From Clostridia bacterium (GTDB taxonomy: Bacteria; Bacillota; Clostridia; TANB77; CAG-508), in the NCBI GenBank assembly GCA_045643465.1, contig JAZUKV010000002.1, positions 3,085 to 67,084 on the forward strand: a stretch of 64,000 bases of DNA. Direction: 5' to 3'. A model generated the notes under the pieces. It made no database searches. It was not told the DNA's origin and saw only the letters and a program-made list of their open reading frames with translations. The position numbers and the translations under genes are program-made. Positions 51,010-61,200 of this stretch are shown here, piece by piece. Position 1 is the stretch's first letter; every line of letters starts with the position of its first letter.

Positions 51010-52491
51010 ATGGAGCTAAAAAAGGTTTTAGTTGGTATTGATGGATTAAAAGCTAAAGGTGATTTAGATATAGATATAACAAGTATTGAAAGTGATTCAA
51101 GAAAAGTAAAAAAAGGTGGACTATTTGTTGCAATAAAAGGCTTTGAAGCAGATGGTAATGATTATATAAAAGCAGCTATAAAAAAGGGCGCAATTGCTAT
51201 TATGGCTGAACCAGATATTGATAAAGATTTATTAAAATTAATTGTTAAATATGCAACAATAATAATTGTTCCAGATACAAGATTAGCATTGGCATTGGCT
51301 GCTTGCAATTTTTATGATAATCCTTCAAAGAAATTTAAATTAATCGGTATTACAGGTACAAAAGGAAAAACAACAACATCTTTTATGGTTAAAAAAATAT
51401 TAGAAAAACAAGGATTAAAAGTTGGTTTAATTGGAACAATAGCAACATATATTGGTACTAAAAAAGTTGAAGATAGTGATAGAACAACACCTGAAAGCAA
51501 TAAATTACAATTTTTGTTTTCAAAAATGGTAGAGCATGGTTGTGATGCTGTTATAATGGAGGTTTCATCACAAAGTTTAAAACTTAACAGAGTTGCAGGA
51601 TGTGATTTTGATATAGCAGTATTTACTAATTTTTCAGAAGATCATATCAGTCCAAAAGAGCATCCTGATATGAAAGATTACTTTGAATCAAAATTAAAAT
51701 TATTAAAGATGAGTAAAGTATGTTATTCAAATGCTGATGATTTAATGGTAGCAAAAGTACCAAAATTATTACCAGATTCTAAAGTTACAACATATGGAAT
51801 AGATAATTTTTGCAATTTATTAGCAAAAGATATTACTATAACAAATGCTTATGTTGATTTTAAAGTTAAAATAGAAAATAAAAACGAAAGAGTTAAAGTA
51901 TGCATACCAGGTAGATTTAGTGTATATAATGCGTTAGCAGCAATTGCAATTGCTAAAGAAATGAAATGCTCTTCTGAAAATATTAAGGAAGCATTGGCTG
52001 AAGTAAAAGTTCCTGGAAGAAGTGAACTTGTAGAAAACCCAAAAGGATTGACAATTATGATTGACTATGCACATTCACCAGAAAGTTTAGAAAATATTTT
52101 AAATGCTGTAAAATCATATACAAAAGGAAGAGTTATTTCTGTGTTTGGTTGTGGAGGAGATAGAGATTCTGGAAAAAGACCAATAATGGGAGAAATTTCT
52201 GGAAGAATAGCAGATTATACAATTATAACTTCAGATAATCCAAGAACTGAAGACCCAGAGAAAATTGTATTACAAATAGAGGAAGGTATGAAGAAAACTA
52301 ATGGAAAATATGAGGTTATTGTTGATAGAAAAGATGCGATAAAAGCAGCAATTAAAATGGCCAATAAATTAGATATTATATTACTTGCTGGCAAAGGGCA
52401 TGAACCATACCAAGAAATTAATGGAGAAAAATTCCCATTTGATGAAAGAATAATAGTAAAAGACATTATGAGTGAATTAGGTAAAAAATAA
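51010..52491 (+). CDS. murE: UDP-N-acetylmuramoyl-L-alanyl-D-glutamate--2,6-diaminopimelate ligase
   Basis: The Mur ligase P-loop is GITGTKGKTTT. The DNPR motif (SDNPRTEDP) indicates meso-DAP specificity. Confidence 0.93.
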   Translation: MELKKVLVGIDGLKAKGDLDIDITSIESDSRKVKKGGLFVAIKGFEADGNDYIKAAIKKGAIAIMAEPDIDKDLLKLIVKYATIIIVPDTRLALALAACNFYDNPSKKFKLIGITGTKGKTTTSFMVKKILEKQGLKVGLIGTIATYIGTKKVEDSDRTTPESNKLQFLFSKMVEHGCDAVIMEVSSQSLKLNRVAGCDFDIAVFTNFSEDHISPKEHPDMKDYFESKLKLLKMSKVCYSNADDLMVAKVPKLLPDSKVTTYGIDNFCNLLAKDITITNAYVDFKVKIENKNERVKVCIPGRFSVYNALAAIAIAKEMKCSSENIKEALAEVKVPGRSELVENPKGLTIMIDYAHSPESLENILNAVKSYTKGRVISVFGCGGDRDSGKRPIMGEISGRIADYTIITSDNPRTEDPEKIVLQIEEGMKKTNGKYEVIVDRKDAIKAAIKMANKLDIILLAGKGHEPYQEINGEKFPFDERIIVKDIMSELGKK

Positions 52492-52560
52492 ATATGAGTT
52501 GTGAATTTATTAAATGAAAAAATAATTAGTTTATTTGAAGAAGAAAGGAATGAATTATAA

Positions 52561-53538
52561 ATGAGTTTTCAATTAAAAATATTACTACTATCATTTATGT
52601 TTAGTGTAATATTTGCATTAATTATTATACCAATATTAAAAAGATTAAAAGTAGGGCAGATAGAGCGTGATGATGGACCAGAATCACATTTAAAGAAACA
52701 AGGGACTCCTACTATGGGAGGAATAATAATGGCACTTGTAATGTTACTATTAACAGTGCTAATGTATTTTGAATATAAAGGTTCAGAGCCACAAGTTGCA
52801 AATCGTATGATTCCACTTGCAATATTAATAATCGGGTTTGGTGTTGTAGGATTTGTAGATGATTTTAAAAAATTAGTATTAAAAAATACAAAAGGTTTAA
52901 AACCATTGTTTAAGATGCTAGGATTATTAATTATAGCAGTAGGATTTACTTTATATTTGACAAATATATTAAACAATGGAACAGATATATATATACCAAT
53001 TGTTAAACAATCAATAACATTACCGATTTGGTTATATATCCCATTTTCAATTTTTGTTTTATTAGGAACAACAAATGCTATAAATTTAACTGATGGAATA
53101 GATGGTTTATCAACAAGTGTTACTACAATTATATTAACTTGTTTAGTAGCAATAAGTATTATTTTCGGAGTAAAAGAAATTACAATTTTAGGAACAATAT
53201 TAATAGGTGCTTGTTTAGGATTTTTATTATTTAATTTAAATCCAGCTAAAGTATTTATGGGGGATACAGGTTCACTACTTTTAGGTGGTGCAATTGCAGG
53301 AATTGCGTTATATTTAAAATTACCATTATTATTATTAATTATTGCGTTAGTTCCAATTATAGAAACACTTTCTGTTATGATACAAGTAGCATATTTTAAG
53401 AAAACAGGGAAAAGAATTTTTAAAATGGCACCAATTCATCATCATTTTGAATTATGTGGATGGAAAGAAGGAAAAATTGTTTCTATATTCAGTTTAGTAA
53501 CATTAATTTTATGTATAATAGGAATAAAAGTAATTTAA
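52561..53538 (+). CDS. mraY: Phospho-N-acetylmuramoyl-pentapeptide transferase
   Basis: It is a polytopic membrane protein with the MraY motifs GLDGL and HHHFE (PIHHHFEL). Confidence 0.93.
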   Translation: MSFQLKILLLSFMFSVIFALIIIPILKRLKVGQIERDDGPESHLKKQGTPTMGGIIMALVMLLLTVLMYFEYKGSEPQVANRMIPLAILIIGFGVVGFVDDFKKLVLKNTKGLKPLFKMLGLLIIAVGFTLYLTNILNNGTDIYIPIVKQSITLPIWLYIPFSIFVLLGTTNAINLTDGIDGLSTSVTTIILTCLVAISIIFGVKEITILGTILIGACLGFLLFNLNPAKVFMGDTGSLLLGGAIAGIALYLKLPLLLLIIALVPIIETLSVMIQVAYFKKTGKRIFKMAPIHHHFELCGWKEGKIVSIFSLVTLILCIIGIKVI

Positions 53539-53557
53539 ATTGATAAGGAGATAATGT

Positions 53558-54709
53558 ATGCAAAAGAAATCAAAAAAAAGCTCAAATTTTGCTAATAATC
53601 AATTTGATTTTATACTGTGTATTACAGTTTTATTATTACTTGCGTTAGGTATTATTATGGTTCTATCTGCAAGTGCACCATCTGCGTTATCAACTACAGG
53701 AAATAGTTATACATATGTAAAAAAACAATTGCTTTTCGGTATTGGTGGATTAGTTGTAATGTTTTTTGTATCAAAAGTTGATTATAGATTTTATAAAAAA
53801 TATTATTGGTATATTTACTTTGCATCATGGCTAATCTTATTATTAGTACTTGTACCAGGACTGGGAAATTCTGCAAAGGGAGCAAACAGATGGATAAAAA
53901 TAGGAGTTCAGTTTCAACCATCTGAGCTTACAAAAATAGGAATGATTATATTTTTTGCAGGATATTTAACAGATCATAAAGATAAATTACATGATTTAGT
54001 TGAAGGTTTTTTAAAACCAATAGGATTTTTAATACCACCAATAGGAATATTATATTTTGTACAAAATCACCTTAGTGTATCTCTTATAATAGGTATCGTA
54101 GTTGTCGTAATTATGTTCATTGCAGGTTGCAGAATTAAATATTTTGCAATATCTGGAATAATATTAGTATCTCTGGTTGTAGGGGTACTAGGATTTATGC
54201 AAGTTTCAGGTTCAGGGGAAGAAAGCTTTAGATTGGATAGAATTTCAACTTATTTTGACCCTTGGTCAGATGCGCAAGGAACGGGATATCAAACTGTACA
54301 AAGTTTGTATGCGATTGGTTCAGGAGGAATGTTTGGATTAGGATTAGGAAATAGTAAACAAAAATATTTATATATTCCAGAGCCTCACAATGATTTTATT
54401 TTTTCAATATTAGCCGAAGAAATAGGATTTTTTGGATGTGTTCTAGTAATAGGCTTATTTGCAATATTTATTTGGAGAGGTATTTTAATTGCGATGAAAT
54501 CAAAAGATATGTTTGGATCTTTGATTGCAATTGGAATAACGACCCAAATTGCTGTGCAAGCTATAATTAATATTGCAGTTGTTACAGGAACAGTACCTAC
54601 AACAGGTATATCACTTCCGTTCTTTAGTTATGGTGGAACAGCTTTGTTATTATTGTTAGCAAATGTTGGAATATTATTAAATATATCAAGATCAAATTCA
54701 AAAGTATAA
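53558..54709 (+). CDS. SEDS-family peptidoglycan glycosyltransferase (FtsW / SpoVE / RodA family)
   Basis: It has about 10 transmembrane segments and conserved SEDS motifs. It follows mraY directly, and no murD lies between them. Confidence 0.88.
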   Translation: MQKKSKKSSNFANNQFDFILCITVLLLLALGIIMVLSASAPSALSTTGNSYTYVKKQLLFGIGGLVVMFFVSKVDYRFYKKYYWYIYFASWLILLLVLVPGLGNSAKGANRWIKIGVQFQPSELTKIGMIIFFAGYLTDHKDKLHDLVEGFLKPIGFLIPPIGILYFVQNHLSVSLIIGIVVVVIMFIAGCRIKYFAISGIILVSLVVGVLGFMQVSGSGEESFRLDRISTYFDPWSDAQGTGYQTVQSLYAIGSGGMFGLGLGNSKQKYLYIPEPHNDFIFSILAEEIGFFGCVLVIGLFAIFIWRGILIAMKSKDMFGSLIAIGITTQIAVQAIINIAVVTGTVPTTGISLPFFSYGGTALLLLLANVGILLNISRSNSKV

Positions 54710-54746
54710 TAAATTAGTAGTTTAAGATTAAGAAAAGAGGAAAGAT

Positions 54747-55880
54747 ATGAAAGTTATAATATCTGCAGCAGGCACAGGTGGGCATATTAACCCAGGAATT
54801 GCTATAGCAAACAAAATTAAAGAATATGAGCCTGATTCAGAAATAGTATTTTTTGGAACAAATAGGGGGCTAGAAAATGATTTAGTTCCAAGAGCAGGAT
54901 ATAAATTGAAAACAATTGAGGCATATGGTATTCAGCCTAAAAAATTATTGAAAAATATTAAGCAAATAACTAAAACTATGAGAAGTAAAAAAGATGTTCT
55001 TAAATTTATTGATGAATTTAAGCCAGATATAGTTTTAGGAACTGGTGGATATATTTGTGGACCTGTATTTGCAGCTGCAAATACAAGAAAAGTACCAACG
55101 TTTTTACATGAAAGCAATGCATACCCAGGAAGAGCGGTAAAGATGTTTGCTAAAAAAGCTGATAAGGTATTTGTTGGTTTCGAAAAAGCAAAAGATAATT
55201 TCAAAAATACAAATAATGTAATAGTAACTGGTACTCCAACTAAAATAAAAAAATTAGAATTTTCACAACAAAATAAAGAAAAATTATTTAAAGAGCTAAA
55301 CCTTAATGATAAATTACCTACCGTACTAATTTTTGGTGGTAGTCAAGGTGCACAAAAAATAAATGAAAATGTAACTGAAATTATAATTAATAAATCAAAT
55401 CAGGATTATCAAATTATATGGGCAACAGGTCCGAAACAATTTGATATTGTGAAAGAAAAATTAGCTAATAGTAATATTGATATTGAAAATGTTAATAATG
55501 CTAAAATAATGCCATATATTTATAATATGGAGGAGCTAATGAATTATAGTGACTTACTTGTTTGCAGAAGTGGAGCAATGACAATAACAGAAATTGCTAT
55601 TGTAGAAAAACCAGCAATTTTTATTCCATTGCCAAGTGTAGGTGCAAATAGGCAAGAAGATAATGCAAGAGTATTAGAAAATCTAAATGCTGCCAAAGTT
55701 ATATTAAATGCAGACTTAAACAAAGATATTTTAAATAAATATATTGTAGAGATTATATCAAATGAAAACAAAATGATAGAAATGGGAAAAAATGCTGCTA
55801 GTATTGCAAAATATGAAGTGGAAGAAACAATATATAAAGAGATTAAGGAAACATTAAAAAAGAAGAGCACGATTAATTAA
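54747..55880 (+). CDS. murG: UDP-N-acetylglucosamine--N-acetylmuramyl-(pentapeptide) pyrophosphoryl-undecaprenol N-acetylglucosamine transferase
   Basis: The N-terminus is GTGGHINPG and a GT-B fold C-terminal half (GGSQGA) follows. Confidence 0.93.
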   Translation: MKVIISAAGTGGHINPGIAIANKIKEYEPDSEIVFFGTNRGLENDLVPRAGYKLKTIEAYGIQPKKLLKNIKQITKTMRSKKDVLKFIDEFKPDIVLGTGGYICGPVFAAANTRKVPTFLHESNAYPGRAVKMFAKKADKVFVGFEKAKDNFKNTNNVIVTGTPTKIKKLEFSQQNKEKLFKELNLNDKLPTVLIFGGSQGAQKINENVTEIIINKSNQDYQIIWATGPKQFDIVKEKLANSNIDIENVNNAKIMPYIYNMEELMNYSDLLVCRSGAMTITEIAIVEKPAIFIPLPSVGANRQEDNARVLENLNAAKVILNADLNKDILNKYIVEIISNENKMIEMGKNAASIAKYEVEETIYKEIKETLKKKSTIN

Positions 55881-55899
55881 AATCGTGTTCTTCTTTTTT
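55858..55899. terminator. Bidirectional rho-independent terminator between the convergent murG and PBP genes
   Basis: The stem aagaagagcacgatt / aatcgtgttcttctt has A/T runs on both sides. Confidence 0.7.
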
Positions 55900-55900
55900 A

Positions 55901-58138
55901 TTAGTGTGAAGAAGATCCAATATCTTCTTGAAGAGTTATTGTTATTACAGTTCCTTCATTAACTTCGGTTCCAGCGATAGGGTCTTGACTTATTACTTTT
56001 CCAGATCCTACAACATTTATATTTAAATTATGTGATGATAATGCTATTTTAGCAGAATTGTAAGATTGTCCTTTTAAATCAGGTACTGCTGTTTTTGTTT
56101 TTTCATTTCTTGTTTCATCAGAATATAGCTCTATTATTGCTCCTTCAACTAATGAAGTTCCAGCTTTAGGAATTTGTTCAGTAATAATTGATGTTGCACT
56201 ACATGTGAAATTGCATTTGAATCCTTGCTTTTCTAAGGCTGCTTTAGCATCTGAAGCAGTTTTATTAGTAACATCATGTAATGTTGTTTTTGTAATTTTT
56301 GTTGTTGAACCAGTTGTAGTTTGATTTATAGTATTATTTGAAGGTATATCTAAATAAGGTAATACTTCTGATAATATCTGACTAACCACAGGGGCTGCAA
56401 TGTGTCCTCCAAAGTGATCTTTACCTTTAGGATTATATAGTGTCAATAGAACAACTAGTTGTGGATCATCAGCAGGGGCTACTCCAACGAAAGATGATAC
56501 ATATCCTGCGGTAGATCCTTCTGTTGCTTCAGATGTTCCTGTTTTTCCTGCAACTCTATAGCCAGAAACTTGACCATATTTTCCACCACCAACAGTAACA
56601 ACAGATTCCATCATATCTAACATTGTTTTTGATGTTTCTGAAGAAATGACTTGTCTAACTTCTTTTGGTTCAATAGTTGTTACTGATCCAGTATCTGAAT
56701 CTTTTATTTCTTTTACAATTCTAGGTTGCATTAGGGTACCATCATTTGCTACAGCTGAAACTGCAGTAATCATTTGAAGGGGGGTAATAGTAAATCTTTG
56801 TCCAAAAGAAATTGTGGCCAATTCTACAGGTCCTACTGAATTAATATTATGGAATATTCCTGTAGCTTCCCCAGATGTTGCAATACCAGTTTTATTAAAT
56901 AATCCAAATGCTTCAAAATATTTATAAAGAGTATTAACTCCTATTTTTTGTCCCAATTGGATAAATGCAGGGTTACAAGAATTTTGAAGTGCTTGTCTTA
57001 AAGATTGATATCCATGACCAGCTGTGTTAGCACAACTTATATGTCTATCTGCAACGTCTTGGGCTCCGGTACAACGGAAAAGTCCAGGAGTATCCGGGTC
57101 TACAATATGCTCTTCTAAGGCAGTTGAAGCCATAACGACTTTAAAAACTGATCCGGGTTCATATGTATTAGAAATAGCTGTGTTTCTCCACATTTTTTGA
57201 AGTGCATCACTTTGGGCAGATGATGATAAATCATTCCATGTTGCGGATAAATTTTCATTAGGTTGGAAAGGTGTATTTAAATCATAATCTGGATATGTTG
57301 CCATAGCTAAAATATCTCCAGTTTTTGGATTCATAATAATGACATTTCCACCATTTAAACATTGATTTGTTATACATGCCTGCTCTAAGTATTTTTCAGC
57401 AATTGATTGAATGTTTATATCAATTGTTAATGTTAAATTACTTCCATTTTGAGGTGCGTAATATTGTGCATCTTCATTTGAGATTAAATCTTGAGTAGCA
57501 TCTTGGGCTGTTGTTATTTTTCCAGGTGTTCCAGCTAATGTATTATCCCAATAATATTCTAATCCAGTTAATCCTTGATTATCACTACCACAAAAGCCTA
57601 TTAAGTTTGAGGCTAAATTATAATAAGGATAGTATCTTTTTGTATCTTTATCTATATTTATACCAGAAGAAATTTTATTTTCTTTCATCCAAGATTCTAG
57701 CTCTGCTACTTTATTTTTTTCAACTTTTTGTATTATTGTTTCAACAGAATTTTGGCTTTTAACTTTTTCTAATGTTTCATCATAATTTAATTCAAAGATT
57801 GTAGAAAGTCCTCTGGCTATTTTTTCTTGCAATACTTTAGTATCATCATCAGATTTTTTTATAAATTTTGAAGGATTTATTGTGATAGTATCAACATCAG
57901 CACTTATTGCTAAGGCTGTACCTGTAGAATCATAAATCGTACCTCTTTTTGCACTAATAATTCTACTAGTTGTTTGTTGCTTGGTTGCTGATTCTTTTAA
58001 TGAATTTCCTTCTACAAATTGTATAATAGCTATTTTTACTATAAGAAATAAAAATACTATAAATAAAATAACTGATAATGAAAAAAATCTTTTAGGTTTT
58101 GAAAATTTATAATTTTCTTCATCTTTTGATTTTTCCAT
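55901..58138 (-). CDS. Class B penicillin-binding protein with two C-terminal PASTA domains (PBP2B-like)
   Basis: It has an N-terminal transmembrane segment and the motifs STFK (GSVFKV), SCN and KTGT, followed by two PASTA repeats. Confidence 0.9.
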   Translation of the reverse strand: MEKSKDEENYKFSKPKRFFSLSVILFIVFLFLIVKIAIIQFVEGNSLKESATKQQTTSRIISAKRGTIYDSTGTALAISADVDTITINPSKFIKKSDDDTKVLQEKIARGLSTIFELNYDETLEKVKSQNSVETIIQKVEKNKVAELESWMKENKISSGINIDKDTKRYYPYYNLASNLIGFCGSDNQGLTGLEYYWDNTLAGTPGKITTAQDATQDLISNEDAQYYAPQNGSNLTLTIDINIQSIAEKYLEQACITNQCLNGGNVIIMNPKTGDILAMATYPDYDLNTPFQPNENLSATWNDLSSSAQSDALQKMWRNTAISNTYEPGSVFKVVMASTALEEHIVDPDTPGLFRCTGAQDVADRHISCANTAGHGYQSLRQALQNSCNPAFIQLGQKIGVNTLYKYFEAFGLFNKTGIATSGEATGIFHNINSVGPVELATISFGQRFTITPLQMITAVSAVANDGTLMQPRIVKEIKDSDTGSVTTIEPKEVRQVISSETSKTMLDMMESVVTVGGGKYGQVSGYRVAGKTGTSEATEGSTAGYVSSFVGVAPADDPQLVVLLTLYNPKGKDHFGGHIAAPVVSQILSEVLPYLDIPSNNTINQTTTGSTTKITKTTLHDVTNKTASDAKAALEKQGFKCNFTCSATSIITEQIPKAGTSLVEGAIIELYSDETRNEKTKTAVPDLKGQSYNSAKIALSSHNLNINVVGSGKVISQDPIAGTEVNEGTVITITLQEDIGSSSH

Positions 58139-58259
58139 TTTAAATAATCACCAACTTTTTTTATATTAATATAATTATTTTATATTAAGGATATTAAAAA
58201 ATCAAGATAAAATTGAATTAAAGAAAAGCAAAAGCAGTTTTTTGATTTTAAATTTGTAC

Positions 58260-58288
58260 TTGACAATCGGAATATAATTTGCTATTAT
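58260..58288 (+). promoter_or_regulatory. Sigma-A promoter upstream of comM (-35 TTGACA, 17-bp spacer, -10 TATTAT)
   Basis: Seen in the sequence. It lies in the intergenic region between the two divergent genes. Confidence 0.55.
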
Positions 58289-58341
58289 AATAAAAATTTT
58301 TTCAAAAAGTTTTAATTCTTTAAATTTCCAAAGGAGTATAA

Positions 58342-59880
58342 ATGTTATCAATAATTAAAAGTATAGCCCTACAAGGTTTAGAAGGGTTTATTGTCGATGT
58401 TCAAGTTGATGTGTCATCTGGAATACCATGTTGGGAGATTGTGGGGTTACCGGATGTGAGTATTAGAGAATCAAAAGAAAGGGTAAAAACAGCAATAAGA
58501 AATTCAGGGTTTCAATTTCCAAGTAAAAGAATAGTAATAAATTTGGCACCAACTACAATAAAAAAAGAAGGGTCAATATTTGATATAGCAATTGCAATAG
58601 CTATATTAAAATCTTGCAAATATATAGGAGATTTTAATAATAAAGAAACAGTTTTTTTAGGAGAGCTATCTTTAGATGGAAAAATAAATCCAATAAAAGG
58701 AATTTTACCAATGTGTATAGAAGCAAAAAAGTTGAATATTAAAAGAATTATAGTGTCTAAGCAAAATTCAAAAGAAGCAAGTATTATTTCAGGAATAGAA
58801 ATTGTTCCGATAGAAAGTTTATATCAATTAACATTATATCTTAATAACCAATTAAAAATTAAATCAGAAAACTTTAATCTAAATTATCTCAATAATAAAC
58901 TAATTAAATATAAAGAAAATTTTTCAGATGTTAAAGGTCAAGAAAATATTAAAAGAGCTTTAGAAGTAGCTGCAAGTGGTGGACACAATTGCCTAATGAT
59001 TGGAAGTCCTGGAACAGGAAAAACAATGATGGCAAGAAGGATTACTACAATTTTACCAAGTATGAGTTTTGAAGAATCTTTAGAAGTAACGAAGATACAT
59101 AGTATTGCTGGGAAGTTATCTGCAAATAGTCCATTAGTGACAGTAAGACCATTTATAGATCCACATCATACAATTACAAAAACAGCTTTAGTAGGAGGGG
59201 GAAGAATTCCAAAACCAGGGGCGATAAGTTTAGCACATTTAGGAGTTTTATTTTTAGATGAATTGCCTGAATTTGAAAAAGGAACAATTGAAAGTTTAAG
59301 AGGTCCTATTGAAGATAGAATGATTACAATAAATAGAATGAATGTAACATTAGCATATCCATCAAATTTTATGCTTGTTGCTAGTATGAATCCATGCCCA
59401 TGTGGTTTTTTTGGCTCAAATAAGAAATGCACTTGTACTGAAAAAACTATACAGAAATATATGGAGAAAATAAGTGGACCATTATTAGATAGAATAGATA
59501 TTCAGATAGAAGTTGGAAATGTAAAATTTGAAAGTTTAAAATCATGTAAAAAAGCAGAGCCTTCTGAAGTAATACAAAAGCGTGTTGAGCAAGCTAGAAA
59601 AATTCAATTACAAAGATATGAAAAGGATGGGATTTATTCTAATTCAGAGCTTACACAAGATTTGATTGAAAAATATTGCAAATTAAATGAAGATTGTAAT
59701 TTAATTTTGGAAAAAGCTTTTAAAAAAATGGGTTTTAGTGCAAGGGTGTATTGCAAAATTTTGAAAGTTGCTAGAACAATAGCTGATATGGATAATTCTA
59801 AAAATATAGAATCAAGACATTTGCTAGAAGCTATTAAATATAGAAATTTGGATAAAAATCATATATATGAAAAAAATTAA
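58342..59880 (+). CDS. comM: YifB/ComM-family Mg-chelatase-like AAA+ ATPase
   Basis: It has an N-terminal Lon-protease-like domain, a Walker A motif (GSPGTGKTM), a Walker B motif (LFLDELPEF) and a C-terminal Mg-chelatase subunit ChlI-like region. Confidence 0.9.
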   Translation: MLSIIKSIALQGLEGFIVDVQVDVSSGIPCWEIVGLPDVSIRESKERVKTAIRNSGFQFPSKRIVINLAPTTIKKEGSIFDIAIAIAILKSCKYIGDFNNKETVFLGELSLDGKINPIKGILPMCIEAKKLNIKRIIVSKQNSKEASIISGIEIVPIESLYQLTLYLNNQLKIKSENFNLNYLNNKLIKYKENFSDVKGQENIKRALEVAASGGHNCLMIGSPGTGKTMMARRITTILPSMSFEESLEVTKIHSIAGKLSANSPLVTVRPFIDPHHTITKTALVGGGRIPKPGAISLAHLGVLFLDELPEFEKGTIESLRGPIEDRMITINRMNVTLAYPSNFMLVASMNPCPCGFFGSNKKCTCTEKTIQKYMEKISGPLLDRIDIQIEVGNVKFESLKSCKKAEPSEVIQKRVEQARKIQLQRYEKDGIYSNSELTQDLIEKYCKLNEDCNLILEKAFKKMGFSARVYCKILKVARTIADMDNSKNIESRHLLEAIKYRNLDKNHIYEKN

Positions 59881-59948
59881 AAGGGGATGGTAAAATTATA
59901 AATAAAGTATATGAAATTTTTTATGGAACAAAGGGATTTCCAGAATCA

Positions 59949-60797
59949 TTGAAAAAAATAAATCCAAAAGTAAATAGAATTTACGCAATTGGAAATTTAG
60001 AATTGTTAAATAAAGATTCTATAGCAATTATAGGATCTAGAAATTATAGTGAATATGGGAAAAAAATAACTATAGAGCTAACTAAAGATTTAGTAAAAAA
60101 TAATATAGTAATTATAAGTGGAATGGCAAATGGAATAGATAGTATAGCACATAATGCTTGTATCGATAATGGAGGAAAAACAATAGCTGTATTAGGAAGT
60201 GGATTCAAAAATATTTACCCTAAAGAAAATGAAAAGTTGTTTTATAAGATATTAGATAACGGGGGATTAGTAATTTCAGAATATCCAATTAATGTTCCTG
60301 TGCAAAAGAAGAATTTTCCTTTAAGAAATAGAATTATTAGTGGTTTAGCAGATGCAGTTTTAGTAATAGAAGCTACATATAGAAGCGGTACAAGTATAAC
60401 CGCAAGATATGCAAAAGAGCAGAATAAAAATGTATTTTGTATACCTAATTCTATAGGAAACAAGAATAGCAGAGGGGGTATTGAACTATTAAAAAAGGGG
60501 GCTATTTTAATAACTAATGCTTATGAGATAATGAAACAAATGAATTTTGAAGTAATATCTAAGGGAAATAATAGGCAGGATTTCGAAAAGTCAATATATA
60601 AAAAATTATCTAACAATCAGAAAGAAATTTTTGTTCAATTAAAAAAGTATGATGCTATGAATATAGAGGAACTAAAAAGTAAAATTAATTTAAATATTTG
60701 TGAGATTAATCAAAATATAACTATAATGGAATTGGAGGATATTATTGAAGATATAGGTATGGGAAAATATAGGCTAAAAAAGGAATTTTATGAATAA
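59949..60797 (+). CDS. dprA: DNA processing protein DprA (Smf). The start is uncertain.
   Basis: It has the DprA Rossmann core (IGSRNYSEYGKKIT...GMANGIDSIAHNAC...AVLGSG). The frame stays open upstream to 59880 with no ATG, so the true start may be the TTG at 59949 or a non-canonical codon near 59895, after the RBS aaggggatgg. Confidence 0.8.
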   Translation: MKKINPKVNRIYAIGNLELLNKDSIAIIGSRNYSEYGKKITIELTKDLVKNNIVIISGMANGIDSIAHNACIDNGGKTIAVLGSGFKNIYPKENEKLFYKILDNGGLVISEYPINVPVQKKNFPLRNRIISGLADAVLVIEATYRSGTSITARYAKEQNKNVFCIPNSIGNKNSRGGIELLKKGAILITNAYEIMKQMNFEVISKGNNRQDFEKSIYKKLSNNQKEIFVQLKKYDAMNIEELKSKINLNICEINQNITIMELEDIIEDIGMGKYRLKKEFYE

Positions 60798-61146
60798 AGT
60801 TAATTTAGGTAGATTTGGTGAATTTATTGCATGCAAATATTTACAACAAAATAATTATAAGATAATAAAACAAAATTTTTTTTATTATGGAGGGGAAATA
60901 GATATAATAGCATTTGATAATGAAACAAAAGAGCTAGTATTTTTTGAGATAAAAACTAGATCAAGTAAAGCTTATGGCTTTCCGTCTGATGCCATTGACA
61001 AAAATAAAGTTAAAAGGATTCGTAAAGGAATAGAATATTATATACATAAAAATAAAATTAATAAATTGGGGATAAGAGCTGATGCAATTGAGATATTTAA
61101 GTATAATGGAAAAAACTATTTGAATCATATAAAACAGATAATTTAG
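60790..61146 (+). CDS. yraN: YraN / UPF0102-family endonuclease
   Basis: The motif is GE..A..YL.......I...N.....GEIDIIA....ELVFFEIKTR. It overlaps the end of dprA. Confidence 0.85.
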   Translation: MNKVNLGRFGEFIACKYLQQNNYKIIKQNFFYYGGEIDIIAFDNETKELVFFEIKTRSSKAYGFPSDAIDKNKVKRIRKGIEYYIHKNKINKLGIRADAIEIFKYNGKNYLNHIKQII

Positions 61147-61200
61147 TATTGTATACTAAAGGGTTTTATAGTATAATAAAAGAGTATAAAAGGTGGTATT

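Noticed and set aside
52561-54709. Possible misassembly, because murD is missing between mraY and ftsW
   Set aside because: The mraY–ftsW junction is a clean 19-bp intergenic region with an RBS. murD located elsewhere is a known arrangement in some Firmicutes, so this is not evidence of error.
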